Shown here: piece after piece, positions 50,981 through 62,949 of the stretch
Position numbering within the stretch: position 1 is the first letter of the stretch
How the letters are laid out: every line of letters starts with the position of its first letter
Assembly: GCA_030704615.1 (NCBI GenBank)
Contig: CM060731.1
Coordinates: 48,298,001-48,362,000, forward strand
Direction of reading: 5' to 3'
Length of the DNA stretch: 64,000 nt
DNA from: Takakia lepidozioides
Taxonomy: Eukaryota; Plantae; Bryophyta
The notes under the pieces: generated by a model
What the model saw: the letters and a program-made list of their open reading frames with translations, nothing else
Databases searched by the model: none
Told to the model about the DNA's origin: nothing
Translations under genes and position numbers: made by a program

Positions 50981-51275
50981 TGTTTTTTTTTTCCTTAGAA
51001 ATCCAGGGACCCGCCGTGTGGCGTTTTGTTTTTTATTTTTAATCATGAAGCGGCGCCTCGGCCAGCTACGTGGCGAGGTGCCACAGGTCAGGAAAAATTG
51101 AAACAAATGGGATGGGGGGAGGTGGTTTTGAACCCTTGACCTCTCCCATGTGGGTGCGCGCGGCGAGGTGCGACTGGCCCGTCGCGCCGCGCTGACACGT
51201 GGCGAGGTGCCACTGGCCTGTCGCGCCTTTTCAAGCATAATGCCATTTGCTTTTGGGGGGGGGGCTGGTGGCGCC

Positions 51276-51283
51276 TATATAAA
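51276..51283 (+). promoter_or_regulatory. TATA box upstream of the kinase ORF
   Basis: TATATAAA preceded by a G10 run, ~320 bp upstream of ATG 51600. Confidence 0.55.
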
Positions 51284-51599
51284 CCATTTCCCCCTCTTCT
51301 GATCACTTTTGCCCCTCTTGTGGTGCGGTTCCTTGGCATCATGTAGTCCTTTCGGACTTCGTTGCTTGGCACAACCAACGGGAGGTGCAAAGGTGATTAT
51401 TTGGGGGGGAAGGTTTTGTCGGTTTTTTATTGGTCAGTCCCACACACTTGTTCACGGTACAATCATCGTATCACCATTTTGCCGTTTCCGGATCTCCGGC
51501 GGCCTGTTTTTTTGTAGAAAACTACGAAGACACCATCCATATTCGTTCATTGCCATTTTTATGAGGTTTTGGATCCTGTAGTGGGCAAAGGTTTATACA

Positions 51600-53062
51600 A
51601 TGTCGGGGGTTGTGAATTCAAGTTCTGGGGCGGGATCGGCTGGGGGGCGAAGGAAGAGAAAACGTGCCCACGAGCGAGATAGCCAGGTCAACAAGTTAGA
51701 CTACCCGGGACCGGATGCCTTGGATAGGGTGAAAGAAGTGGTAGTGGATTATTTCAAGGGTAGGGACATGATGAGGTTGGAGAGTGCTTATGTTAGGCAT
51801 GGATGGGAGGGGTTTCAGATTTTTCAGCAAAATATGGAGAAGAAAATGACAAACGCTTTGGCGGGGGCTAAGTGGACGGCGGACATGGACAAGCTGAAGT
51901 TCAATCGGTGGATCCAAAGCAGGGCGAAAGACGCCACGTGGAATTTGAGGCAACAAATGAAGACATGGAAGGGTAGAACAAGTGAAGGTTGAGTGCCCTC
52001 CGCCGAAGCTGAGTTAATGCGGCGTGTTGAGTATTGGGCTTGCTTGACAAGTCAGAAGTCACATCGCTGGACTAGGGTTGTCCCTTGGAAGGCGGGGTCA
52101 TCAGGCAGAGGAGGCACAACTGGTCTTTATTACTTGAATTCTACTGCGAAGGTGGTAGAGATTGGCCCTTACAAAGAAAGAGGGTATGCTAAGGTCCACC
52201 ACTGTAGGATTGTTGGCGATTCTAGAATACCGGAGAGTTGGGAGCTCGCGGGAAAAAAACCCAAGTCCAAAAATCCAGAAAAGGCGTTGAGACAACATAA
52301 CGACGAGTGTTTGGCAGTGAAGTTCCAGTATCCGGGTGTTATCTCGTATTTTGCTGTGAATGCACGTGAGGTAGAGGGTTACACTCACTGGTGGAATGGG
52401 GGGACAATACGCGACATGATGAACCTTGACAGAAAATGGGGCAACGATTCGGACAACATGGTGATTTTGGAACAAATGGGAACGGAAGCAGAGTTCCAGG
52501 AATGCGATCGCTTGCTTCATTTCCGGAAAGTGCGTAGTAAACTTGCATGGGCATTGGTGTGCATCATGGATGTTGTCCACAATAACGGTGTCATGCACAA
52601 CGACTTGTCCTCCGACAACATCTTGTTGCATTTTCCAGATGGCACCGAAGAGATCAAGATTGGGGTGTGTGATTGGGGCTTAGCCACCCCATTGGGCATA
52701 CGCAAAGCCTCGCCATACCAGTTTGAAAACCAAGACAAGCTGGACCGGGAACTCGCGAAAAGATGGTGGGTGGAAAAAGATATTGCATCGGTTTTCAATG
52801 CGAATGCCACGCCCCCCCCTCCCAGGACATGACATCAGAGGCCTTTGTCGTTGGAAAGATAGTGATACGAATAAATGGCGGCGCTCATTATGATCTAAGT
52901 ATGTTCCATGACCAATTTACAGGAGGTTGTTGGCATTCAATGCTACAAAGGTTGTACGACAACAACAAGAATGAGAGAGTCACATTAGCCCATGTAGTAC
53001 TTTGGTTCATGGGCAAGCCATTCAATTGGCCTGAGCCGAAAGACGTATATAGGACGGAGTAG
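51600..53062 (+). pseudogene. Intronless atypical protein kinase (one in-frame TGA, one frameshift)
   Basis: NLS-like RRKRKR; ERGYAKV loop, LAGKK, catalytic loop MHNDLSSDNILL, DWG motif. TGA 51990-51992 is in frame with both flanking ORFs; frameshift in the C-run at ~52812-52823. Confidence 0.85.
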
Positions 53063-53145
53063 ATCATAGTCTCGTAGATATGAGATTTATGGCGGTACAA
53101 TGGTTCTTTTATGAAGACATAACTCAATTTTGATCATGCATGTAA

Positions 53146-53677
53146 TAAATAAAGTCCCATTGTAAATACTACATTGCATATGCTTGACCCTGACACATGT
53201 CATCGCAACATAAATGGTTTGTGTACTGGCTCACTGTTTATATTTATAATGTTCCAAGGTTTCGGATAGGGTTATGAGAAAACGATGTATTAGTCCCGTA
53301 GGAGTTAGACAACAAACCTCTCATCTCATTCAACTGTGCGACACTACCATGAGAGGCATGGATCGGAAAATAATAGGTGCACATGCGACCTCCGTACGTT
53401 TGATACTAGGTCTCTACTTAAACGTGCGGAGGTCGCATGTACACCTATTATTTTTTTATCCATGTCACTCATGGTAGTATCGCACAGTTGAATGAGATAT
53501 TGAACGTTTGTTGTCTAACTTATATGGATCCAATATATCATTTTCTCATTACCCTGTCAGAAACATTGAAACATTCGCAGTTACAAACAGTGCCACAATA
53601 CACGGCCGGTTTTGTTGAAATGATATTTGTGAGGTTCGAGCGCATGCAATTTATTATTTACAACGGAATTTTATTTA
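53146..53677. repeat. Long fold-back hairpin 1 (~255 bp arms, ~18 nt loop)
   Basis: e.g. ATCTCATTCAACTGTGCGA/TCGCACAGTTGAATGAGAT and CATGCGACCTCCG/CGGAGGTCGCATG; loop 53402-53419. Confidence 0.92.
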
Positions 53678-53745
53678 CTTGGGGGACCGGTACTGATGTT
53701 GGAGCGCAACTGATGGTACGAGTTCTCTATTGATTAGAGCTGTCA

Positions 53746-54123
53746 CAACCAATGTCAACAATCATATTTACGGTAAGGTGTTTAATGTTATTGTTGTTCT
53801 TCTAGCTGAATTCTGTAGTACTATTTTTGCTATTCCCATGCCAACGTCCTCTGAGACTGTCATGTTCAAACAGACGTATCAGCCACCCCGGCCAGCTTGC
53901 AGGCTACAGCCATGGCCCACCATAAATTGAATGAATTGGAGATTTTGTGCGAAGTTCCTGGTTTCATGTCCGTGGTGGCTGATACAGAATTCGGAATATG
54001 GCAGTCGCAGTGGACCTGATGTTGTTGGCATGGGAGTAGCAAAACGATTCATAAATAATTCTGCTACATGAACATTGGCAGTATGAAATACCTTGCAGTA
54101 CATATGATTCTTGAGATTGTTTG
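53746..54123. repeat. Long fold-back hairpin 2
   Basis: GTATCAGCCACC 53876-53887 / GGTGGCTGATAC 53974-53985; TCCCATGCCAAC/GTTGGCATGGGA; opposite-strand ORFs 53730+ and 54229- translate to similar peptides. Confidence 0.88.
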
Positions 54124-54403
54124 CACGGATTAGTTGTGTTTGTGCTTTCAAGTGGCGAACATTTCTGCCATGGTGCGGAAGACGTGCATTAAACGGTTGA
54201 TGTGATACTACAAATGTATCACATCGCATTTGTGAAAATGTATCACATGAACCGTTCCATGTGACATACGGGAGTTTTCGATAGGTACGAGATCAATGTG
54301 GCCTACGAGATCTGCTTCCACCAACAAACATGTGATCATTTCAGAAGCGCTAGAACTTTGAAGCGACGATGGGCAAGGTTCTTCATCCAGATGTTCAACA
54401 TGC

Positions 54404-54707
54404 TGAGGTCTTCTATAATGTCTCTTGCTTCGTAATGAGGTGCTTCTCCAACTCTTATTTTTTCAATGCTAATATCTTTCATCTGGAACATATCCACACA
54501 TGCGTATATAACTTAAAAAAACAAATGACCATCAAAACTGGAAGCTGGGAATGAGGCTTATAAAAGTTGAGATGGTCATTTGTTATTTTAATGATTTCTG
54601 CACACATATGTGGATATGTTCAAGGTGGAGAATATTAACATATTGGATAAAGTGGACATGGAGAAGCACTGCATTACGAGGCCGGAGACACTACAAAAAG
54701 AGCTTCA
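54404..54707. repeat. Long fold-back hairpin 3
   Basis: GTGCTTCTCCA/TGGAGAAGCAC, GAACATATCCACA/TGTGGATATGTTC, AACAAATGACCATC/GATGGTCATTTGTT; loop ~54541-54565. Confidence 0.9.
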
Positions 54708-54708
54708 A

Positions 54709-55551
54709 ATGGCATACCATGTAACAGGAGGATCGGATGCCCATAGGTTTTTAATACAATCGACACCACCTCCCATTGGATAGGCTACCATACACATTTC
54801 TGAATTGTGTGCATTGGGCAAGAACTTGGTATGAAATGCAGACAAAGAGATGCATGGCATACATGCCGGAAACCTGGCATACATAAAAGATCCCCAGTAT
54901 TTATGGGTCACATCTGATTGGGAGATAACCATACGTGCGGGAGATATTCGAGATTGGTGGGAGAGAGAGCAGTTTTGCCACAATCTGGGAGGGCATTGGA
55001 GTCAAAGAAGGTCCAGGTTTATCCGGCTCCCACAGGTTCAATGGGTGCCGGAGGAGAAAGAATTGTATGACCGACAACCGATTGGGAGATATTTGTTGTT
55101 GTCCGAACTGGAAGATGCTATAATATGTCAACGCCGAATGAATGATGCGTACGAGGTGGCTTATCGTCGAAACGACACAATGGTTATGGACAGGGCCCGC
55201 GAGAGGCAGTTGGAAAGTATCAAAAGTACCATCAAGGCAGTTGTAGAGAAATGGAGGCGATTATGGACATACCGTTATCATCGTGTTTCGGGGGCTGAAT
55301 TGCCGGATGTGGACGGTCTCGTTGCCGATTTGCATGCAGCTCGAGCACTTATTCTCGATCCACCTCCGCCACGTCGTGAGAGTGAAGAAGAAAGTCAACT
55401 TTCACCGCGAAGTAGGCGGATGCAGGCCAGAATTAATCACATGTCATTGGGCCCCTCATTGACCACGAGATCACGGTCGCAAGCTCTGGCAATTGGCAGT
55501 GCAAATCAGGCCACAACATCAAATTCCACATCCTCGGACAGTGACGACTAG
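54709..55551 (+). pseudogene. Orphan ORF (~280 codons; 233 aa still open from 54850)
   Basis: ATG 54709 is in frame with ORF 54850-55551 across a TAG and a TGA; protein-like composition with a Ser/Asp tail; no family recognised. Confidence 0.55.
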
Positions 55552-56000
55552 GCTTTTAATGACTGGCAGCGTAAAACATATACAATATGCATTTTTGTTG
55601 TACCTTGAATATTGTTGGAAAACACAGTGATGGCATTCCGCCAAATTTGTATATCACCACTTTTGTTAATACACAATGCACATGTGCAGCACCTACCAAT
55701 TTCAATTGCATGAGCAGTGTTTTTTTCACATTTACACTCGTGTGATGGGGAAGAAGTAGTTCACCCTGTAAACAAATTTACAATGGTGTCATATTTGGTC
55801 ATGACGTGTATATGGGTATTTGCAATGAACTCCGAAAGCTGGAGAACAAGGAACATTGATGTTATCAAATAAGTTATAACGAGTTACGAACGGTCATCTT
55901 CCAAACAAATTTCGCCTGGTCCCTGCGTATTTTATAATCATTTCGCAAAATCTATGATCTTTTTACGAACATACCCACAAAGTTCTCAAAGCACAAAATA

Positions 56001-56360
56001 ATTTCGATTGATCTCATATTACACTGGGACGTATCAGATGGTACATTGAACACACTGGCCAAGTTTCAAAGCGAACGAAAATCATTTGGATGGGCAACCA
56101 TCCGTTGGGCCATTGAACGAATTTCTATTGAACTCCTATTACTGTGGGGCCTCTTACATGGCACATTGAATATAGTGGCTAAGTCTCAAAGCGCACCAAA
56201 ATCATTTCGATGGGCAACCATCCGTTGAGCCATCGAATGAATTTCGATTGATCTGATATTAGTCCGGGACCTGATACATGGTATGTTGAACATAGTGGCA
56301 AAGATTGAAAGCAAACGAAAATCATTTGGATGGGCAACCATTCAATCGCCCATTGAATGA
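56001..56360. repeat. 120 bp tandem repeat x3
   Basis: Units begin ATTTC.ATTGA at 56001, 56121 and 56241; all contain ATCATTT.GATGGGCAACCA. Confidence 0.92.
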
Positions 56361-56375
56361 GGGTTTCGTCTTCGA

Positions 56376-57515
56376 TTACACGCTTGATGCGATGCGGAGA
56401 TTGTTATACCTTTGCATGTTCGTATAAATGCTATCTACGCTACGGTTTGACATGCGTGCGACACGTTGCAAGCCTGACAGTGCCCGCTTTACCCGTGCTT
56501 CTCTGGAGGCCAAATGGGTCGTTCATTGTACCCAATTCTCCCAATCGCCATTCAATGGGACCCATGCCTGAATCTCCAGCGTTTTGGACAAGCGCCATAC
56601 AGTTGCCATGACAATGTCCTGCTCCTTTGTAACGCGGTCGACATCTAATATCGGGTTCATCTCCGATTGAATGGCGACCCTCGATTATTCCCCGGTTTCC
56701 AGTACTGGTTCTTTTCTTTTTCTCCTTCTCTCATCCGCAATTCGCTGTTCCTCAACCATGGTTTCATCGGCCATAGGGTCAAGGACGTCCGTAACTTCCT
56801 GAATGATGAGGTCAATACTGCGATCGGGCATCGCAAACTCCGCGTCCATGTCCACGACGTTTGTTCGATCCTCATTGTGGACAACAGTGCCTTCATTGTT
56901 TGGAGGTATGTCTTGCAATCTAGCTTCCAACTCGGCTATGCGCAGTGTTTGTCAGTCTAGTCGGTCCTGCAGGGTCCTGATTCGCTGGTCTCTTTCTGCC
57001 AGTTGTTCCTCTAACGTTGCAGCCGGTTGTATTTCGAACGTGTCCGGGATGTACTCCAAATCGTATAGCAACCTTGCATTCCTCCTACTAGCAGTTTGCC
57101 AATTCACTGGACGCAAGAGTATGACCTCCAAGTACAACATGGTTGCCAAGGTATACGGGATTTGACCCTTTAAGAGAGGTGACCCCACAATGTGCAATGC
57201 ACCTCATTCGCCCTATGCTGGAAATGCAAGTTCGTGCAAGACCTGGACTCTACGTAATTGTTTCGGGTTTGCACGTCATGCCTATCCAAAGGCCACAATC
57301 GATTGATGTGATACCATTTTAGGATTTTTTGCATCTCGCCATCCGCCATCAGAATTCTTCTGGAACGTCCTCCCAGCCCTCTTCTCCTAGTATGCTAGGG
57401 TCACCAAATACTTCCCAATTCAAGTCTTGTCTTTACCTTTGATTTTCTTAGGGGGCGGTCCATGTTCATTGGGGTCATCTTTTCCATAACGGTCATCGTC
57501 CTGGCCCTCTGCCAT
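56376..57515 (-). pseudogene. Degenerate coiled-coil ORF of transposon-cargo type
   Basis: ORFs 56952-57197 and 56685-56930 are in the same frame across a stop; LYLEVILLRPVNW, coiled coil, RRRKRK; further stops and frameshifts upstream. Confidence 0.55.
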
Positions 57516-57909
57516 TCTACAACAATCGGAGCAACACTAAACGAGGTTTTCTAAAAGACGTAACTCTAAACCCTTCCCTCGTTAAGTAGGTTTGAGTAGG
57601 TGTCAAAATAGTTCTTAAAAGCTAATTTTGTAGAATAAAATGATCCTGGAAGCCAGAGAGGGCCTATGGGAGCATTCTGCAACGACCTCACAGAAATCGC
57701 GGCAAAAAATACCCCCCATCCAACCAATGGCCTCCTTCTCCACGTGACTACGTGTCGGGGATAATTAAATGTCACGCATACATAAGTTGTGTGGAGAAGT
57801 GAGGGGAGAATAAGCCTCTCTTGGCGTATATCCCCCCCCCCATCCCCCCCCCCCCCCCCCCCCCCCCCCCTCTTCTCGGGCCACGTACGGGGCGAATATT
57901 CTAGAAGAA

Positions 57910-58137
57910 CGACCGCCAACTTGGCGGTCGCTCGATTTTTCGGAAAATAAAAAAATAAACGACCGCCAGAACTGGCGGTCGCTCCATTTTCTGGAAAGAA
58001 AAAAAATAAGCGACCGCCAACATAGGCGGTCGCTCATTTAAAAAAAATTTAAAAAATAAGCGACCGCCAACATAGACGGTCGCTTCATTTTCAAAAACTT
58101 AAAAAAAAATAAGTGACTGCCAACATAGGTGGTCGCT
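57910..58137. repeat. Palindromic subterminal repeat array (right end of kinase-carrying element)
   Basis: Five CGACCGCCAAC..GGCGGTCGC units at ~50 bp period. Confidence 0.85.
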
Positions 58138-58480
58138 TCATTTTCATTTTCATCCAGTCCCGTCGACTGTACAATGGATTCGACACAATCGTTTGTATAA
58201 ACATGGTTGCGTACGTCAATCGGTCCTGGCAGTACATCACCCCTAAGCTCCATTGGGGCACTACCGGTGGCTTCAGCGTGTAGTGGGAGGTGAGGGTCGA
58301 CCCCAACTTCATTTTGAGGACCATGTTCTAGGGATAACACAATTGCAGCTTCACCTTCATCTGCGATACGTCTTCAAGAAGGTCATTAAAGGTCGGCTGG
58401 ATATAAGCATCTTCCTCTGTGAATGTAAACGGGTCATACGCATTTTCGAGAGCATCATCGGATCCATCTTCACTATCGGA

Positions 58481-58620
58481 GAACGCAATTGAAGTAGTTA
58501 CTCATTTGTTCACAACAAGATTTGCAACAGGTTGAATCCCGCGAGGGCTGACAAATTGGTGTATGTGTATACCAATTGCCGACTGCTACGTGAGAGGACA
58601 GCGGATGATGCTGCAGCATG
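58481..58620 (+). mobile_element. hAT transposase C-terminal dimerisation fragment
   Basis: ERN*SSYSFVHNKICNRLNPARADKLVYVYTNCRLL. Confidence 0.85.
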
Positions 58621-61600
58621 GTATGAGAGGAATTTGCATTCCGAAGAATCTGCTTCTGAGGCTGATTCGATGAGTGATGATACTGAGCCTCAGAGATAAT
58701 CATCTGAGAGGGAATCATCTCGCTGGCACATGGAACCAAATGAAGTCCCAATGCCAACAAAATACAAATATAAATGTCTTAATTAGCTAGAAATAACTAT
58801 TTCTAACTAATCACAAACAAAACCATGACACCTCTTTGCAACCCCCTTGTATTCTCTTTGATCATAGCTACCATCTTAACTTGGAGTTAATCAACTCTCT
58901 ATGAAATCAATGTGCCCCAATCAACTGCCGCCGTCGAAATCTAATGAATCAAGACATGATCGATGAAATTTAATGAAAAAGGGTGCCGAATTTTAGAAAA
59001 ATCGGATGAAGCTTGGATGAAAAAGTTAAAATTGCCATTAAGCCTGCCGAACCTAGCATAATTCCGGGGGGGTTTAATGATTCCGGCAGGGGTCTGACGA
59101 AATAGAGCGACCTCTACGGTATACATAATGACGTGGCACATCAGACGTCATGTTCAGACACTCCATTTGGTTTAAGTCATGTCTTAACTAGGCTTGATTG
59201 AATTTGGGCCGCATCTGTGGCTTCCACTAGCTAAGGGTTTGTAAAATGCAGAAATATCCATCGTTGTTCTTAAAAACAAGTATGATCAGCTATTATATTG
59301 TTCCAATCTCATTGTCCATTTGTTGTATTGTTACTAGATCAGCAAGAATTCCATACGTTCTTAGGCAGTTTTAAAATTTGGGCCCTGTCTTGTCTTCATT
59401 GAGTTTTTTCTTCATCCAGCTTTAAGGTCTAATTCAGAGCGGGCGCTTCAGCTCTGAATAGAAAGGTGATTATTGTATTGTGACCCTACATCCAATGAAG
59501 CAAAAAAATGACAATTTAAGTACAATGACAAAAACATAGTCACTAGGGAGTGTTTATTTTTTTGTTTACTTTAGACATATCAAAAGATTGGACAGAGATT
59601 GCCCCATACTCAAAATCAGTGAATCCATTTGGTTGAGTCCATTCATGTGAAGACAATAAATTGGTCATAGAGAGCAATGTACAAATAAAAGAGCAATGAA
59701 TCAAATATCAGAAGAATAAAAGTCAAATAGAATTAGGATCCAAATTAACCACCAAGTATGAAAAAATTAAAGAGTAAAAAAGGACATCGATCAATGATAG
59801 CCGAGTACAAAGTTTTGTTCTGCATATTATCAACACAACAAAGCGAAATTAACTATTGAAGATAATCAGAAAATGATCATTTGAACTACCGGAGTCTGAA
59901 CAAATTCAATGAATGAATTCATTGAAACGAGGGAGATGAAGCGTGTATGTACATGTACGTGTCTGTGGATGTGAAAAATTTAGACATTTTGGAGATTTGA
60001 TTTTTTTTTATAAGAGAACCCACTGGTAGCTGAGCCTCTGCTCATCTCTTCTCATAAAATATTAGATGGACCAATGCACTGCCATCAACCTCTCATTGAA
60101 GAAGCATACAGACCTCGTTGTAGCGCAAGGTTGGTTGATGTATGCAGTAGTCTCTCTTGAAGTCACACAACATCCTTCTCAATGTGACACATCCCACTTT
60201 TGAACCAAGTGGTCGCTCAAATTTCAATATATGCCAAATACCATATCTGTAATCAATTTCATGTATGTTCATGCAAGATTGGGTGTTGGGAAGAACATAT
60301 GTGTGTCCCATCTTTGGAGATAGAGTCGGAGATGAGGACGATCCAGCGACAGTCATGTGAGTTGAGACACCTATATTGCATGTTGAGCTCGATCCATCCT
60401 TAGAACAACCTGTGGGCACTGATGGATCAAAGGCAAATGCAAAAGGACTAGCAGTTCCACCTCGTGGACGGCCTCCAATGTCACGCTATACGAGCACATC
60501 GTCTGCTCCATTTCCTAACTCAATAGGCAAGAAAAAAAAAATAGCAGCCAGGGTGTAGCATTGAAGAGCACAGATCCTTGCCACGACCTCCTACATTGGA
60601 GTCCGAGTGACGGGCCTTGATGTCCTCCACGGACGGAGGAGGCCAGGGGGGAGGCGCTCCTACAATATTGGTGGGAGGAGGCCAGTAGGAGACAATCATC
60701 CCAAAATAATCCTATCAAAAGTTTTTGCATTAAAATGACTGACAATAGTGTTTGTCATCGTGGATAATGTCCACTTGCAAAATTTTCAAAGAGTAAAACA
60801 AAAAAAATTCAAGAATGTCAGCTTGAAAAAAGATATAATAACGGTGTGTGACTCGTAGAAGTTGCAAATGATCGCATGTCATTTTTATAGCAAGAAACTT
60901 GAGTCTTCGAATTGTTGTTAAATAGAGCATAATTCAAATCCCATGAGTTAAGATGCAGATGACAAAATCCAAAACGTTAAGACCTCTCACTTCGAAGAAC
61001 AACACTTCGAACAGACTAGTAGATATGACTGTGAAGAACACTGCTCTAACAACAACTTTTGTGGGAACATCGACCTCAATTGGCTGTCGATTTGCGTCTC
61101 TTAGGAGCAGTTGTGATGAGATATTGGGACTCTTAACGCTTGACCTGCCCACTGGGTTTTTAATGTTTGTATTTCTATGCCTGAGCTGCGAGGTTACCGA
61201 CCGACTCCATCGGAGAAGTGACAAGTCCCCAACAAACAACACAAAAGGCTCACAAGCAGGTAAAACTTTATTCTTATATTTATAATCAGTATTCCTTGCT
61301 TTGTTTTGAGTTTTCTAATCAAGTTGCACTCTATAGTTTTTTTTACAACTTAACCCATTGAATTCTAGGATTCATTGAAAGGGTGCGTGTGCACAATTGG
61401 AACGACAAGACTTTATTTGAAACACTGACAAATGCTTTATATTATGGCAAATGTTATGTTATGTTAAGGCAAATGTTATGGAATATGTGGTTAACATGGT
61501 AAGTATGGCCATGTAGCCACATGGAGTAAGTGTTAGGATTGCGAGCAAAGAGTCCCATTTGCAACAGAAAGACGTTGTAGATAGCCCCTAATGGTTCTCT

Positions 61601-61929
61601 GCCAACTTTATGCTGTGGGGACGTCGGATGTCACAAACCCCCTTTAGCCGTTGAAGTGCGATGAATTCAACATCAAACCAAAAAGAGATCTAATTGCTCT
61701 ATTTACTTACACAAAGAAATCCAGGACAAAGCTTAATTTACTAATTCACAGTCTATCCGACAATCAACTCATGAGTATGATGAATGAGACTACAACAAAG
61801 AGGATTGAGATATTGCTCTCACTAAACAACACGTTGACAAAAGGCTTGCTAGCAAGATTTTTTTTGATGAGGAAGTTCTTAATGATCCGAATAAACCCTG
61901 TGGACACAAAGGAGCGTCACCTCAACTTG

Positions 61930-62285
61930 CTCTTGAGTCTCTCTCCAAGGGGAAAACTCCAAGAATAGATGGTTTTCCTACCAAAGTTTTTCTTGACTTA
62001 TGGAATAGTGTTGGCTCAAGTTTGCTAGCTCTTTTTACTAGACTTTGGGGTATTGTATATATGCCTCAGTACAATAATATCTTTTTTAGTTCCAAAAAGA
62101 TGAGATTAAAGCTCGTCTCAAGAATTGGAGGCCGATTACATTACTAAGCACAATGGACACAAGAATCTTGCAAAAACTCTTGTCATTCGACTATAGTCTG
62201 TACTCCTCTATTTGGTTAGACCTAATCAAACGAGCTTTGTGAAAGATCGAGGTCTACTCGACAATGTTATTGTATGGGCATTATA
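61930..62285 (+). mobile_element. LINE (L1-like) reverse transcriptase fragment
   Basis: KGKTPRIDGFP, NWRPITLLS, ILAKTLVIRL, PNQTSFVKDR..DNV. Confidence 0.85.
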
Positions 62286-62949
62286 GGACATCTCAACGAA
62301 TCCCGAGCCATTCCAATGAGGAGACTCCGTCAATTTAATCTGGCTTTGGTGATGAGAGGATACAAAATGCCTTGGCTTCACTATAGGAGAACGTGGTTTT
62401 TATGACTACAAATATGACTGCCCCACAGTCATGAAAAAGTATATATGATTGTAGGGCCCATATATACTCATGCAGAGAGACCCTGTAACTTTTTTTGCTA
62501 TAGATGGTCATAGTCATAAGCGCCATACAATCACATGTATCAAATCATATCCTTAACTGTTATTGATCATCAGATTGAATTTGTTACAAAATTGTGATGT
62601 GGGTTGAACAGAACTTATAACATTCAATGATGCGGAGGATGATTTTGTGGACGTCATGAGTTCTGGTGAAAGTAAAACAGGGTCATTTAAAGAGCCCTTT
62701 TGTGTATCAAGAATTATGGACACATGGCTGCTCCAAAGCTTCTGAAGCTTTTTGTGAGGAGAGTGTGAATGACTAGTTTAGTGAATTGTTGCTACCTACA
62801 GCTCAAATGAAGAGCCTCTCTATGCATGTACATCTGGCCTTATGTTCTACTTTAGCGGTTGATCAATGAATGCATCATATGATGCAAGTTGGAAGGGAAG
62901 TTAAAAATTCCGAATCCCTGTGACGATCTACTATCGAAGGTAATCCGCC

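Noticed and set aside
59195-59210. GAATTTGGG as partner TIR of CCCTAATT at 50391
   Set aside because: Only a short imperfect match, no TSD, and the interrupted Gypsy integrase does not resume after it.
59220-61900. Short ORFs in the AT-rich interval before PAL copy 3
   Set aside because: No recognisable domains apart from a weak Copia gag-like stretch at ~61720-61810; not supportable.
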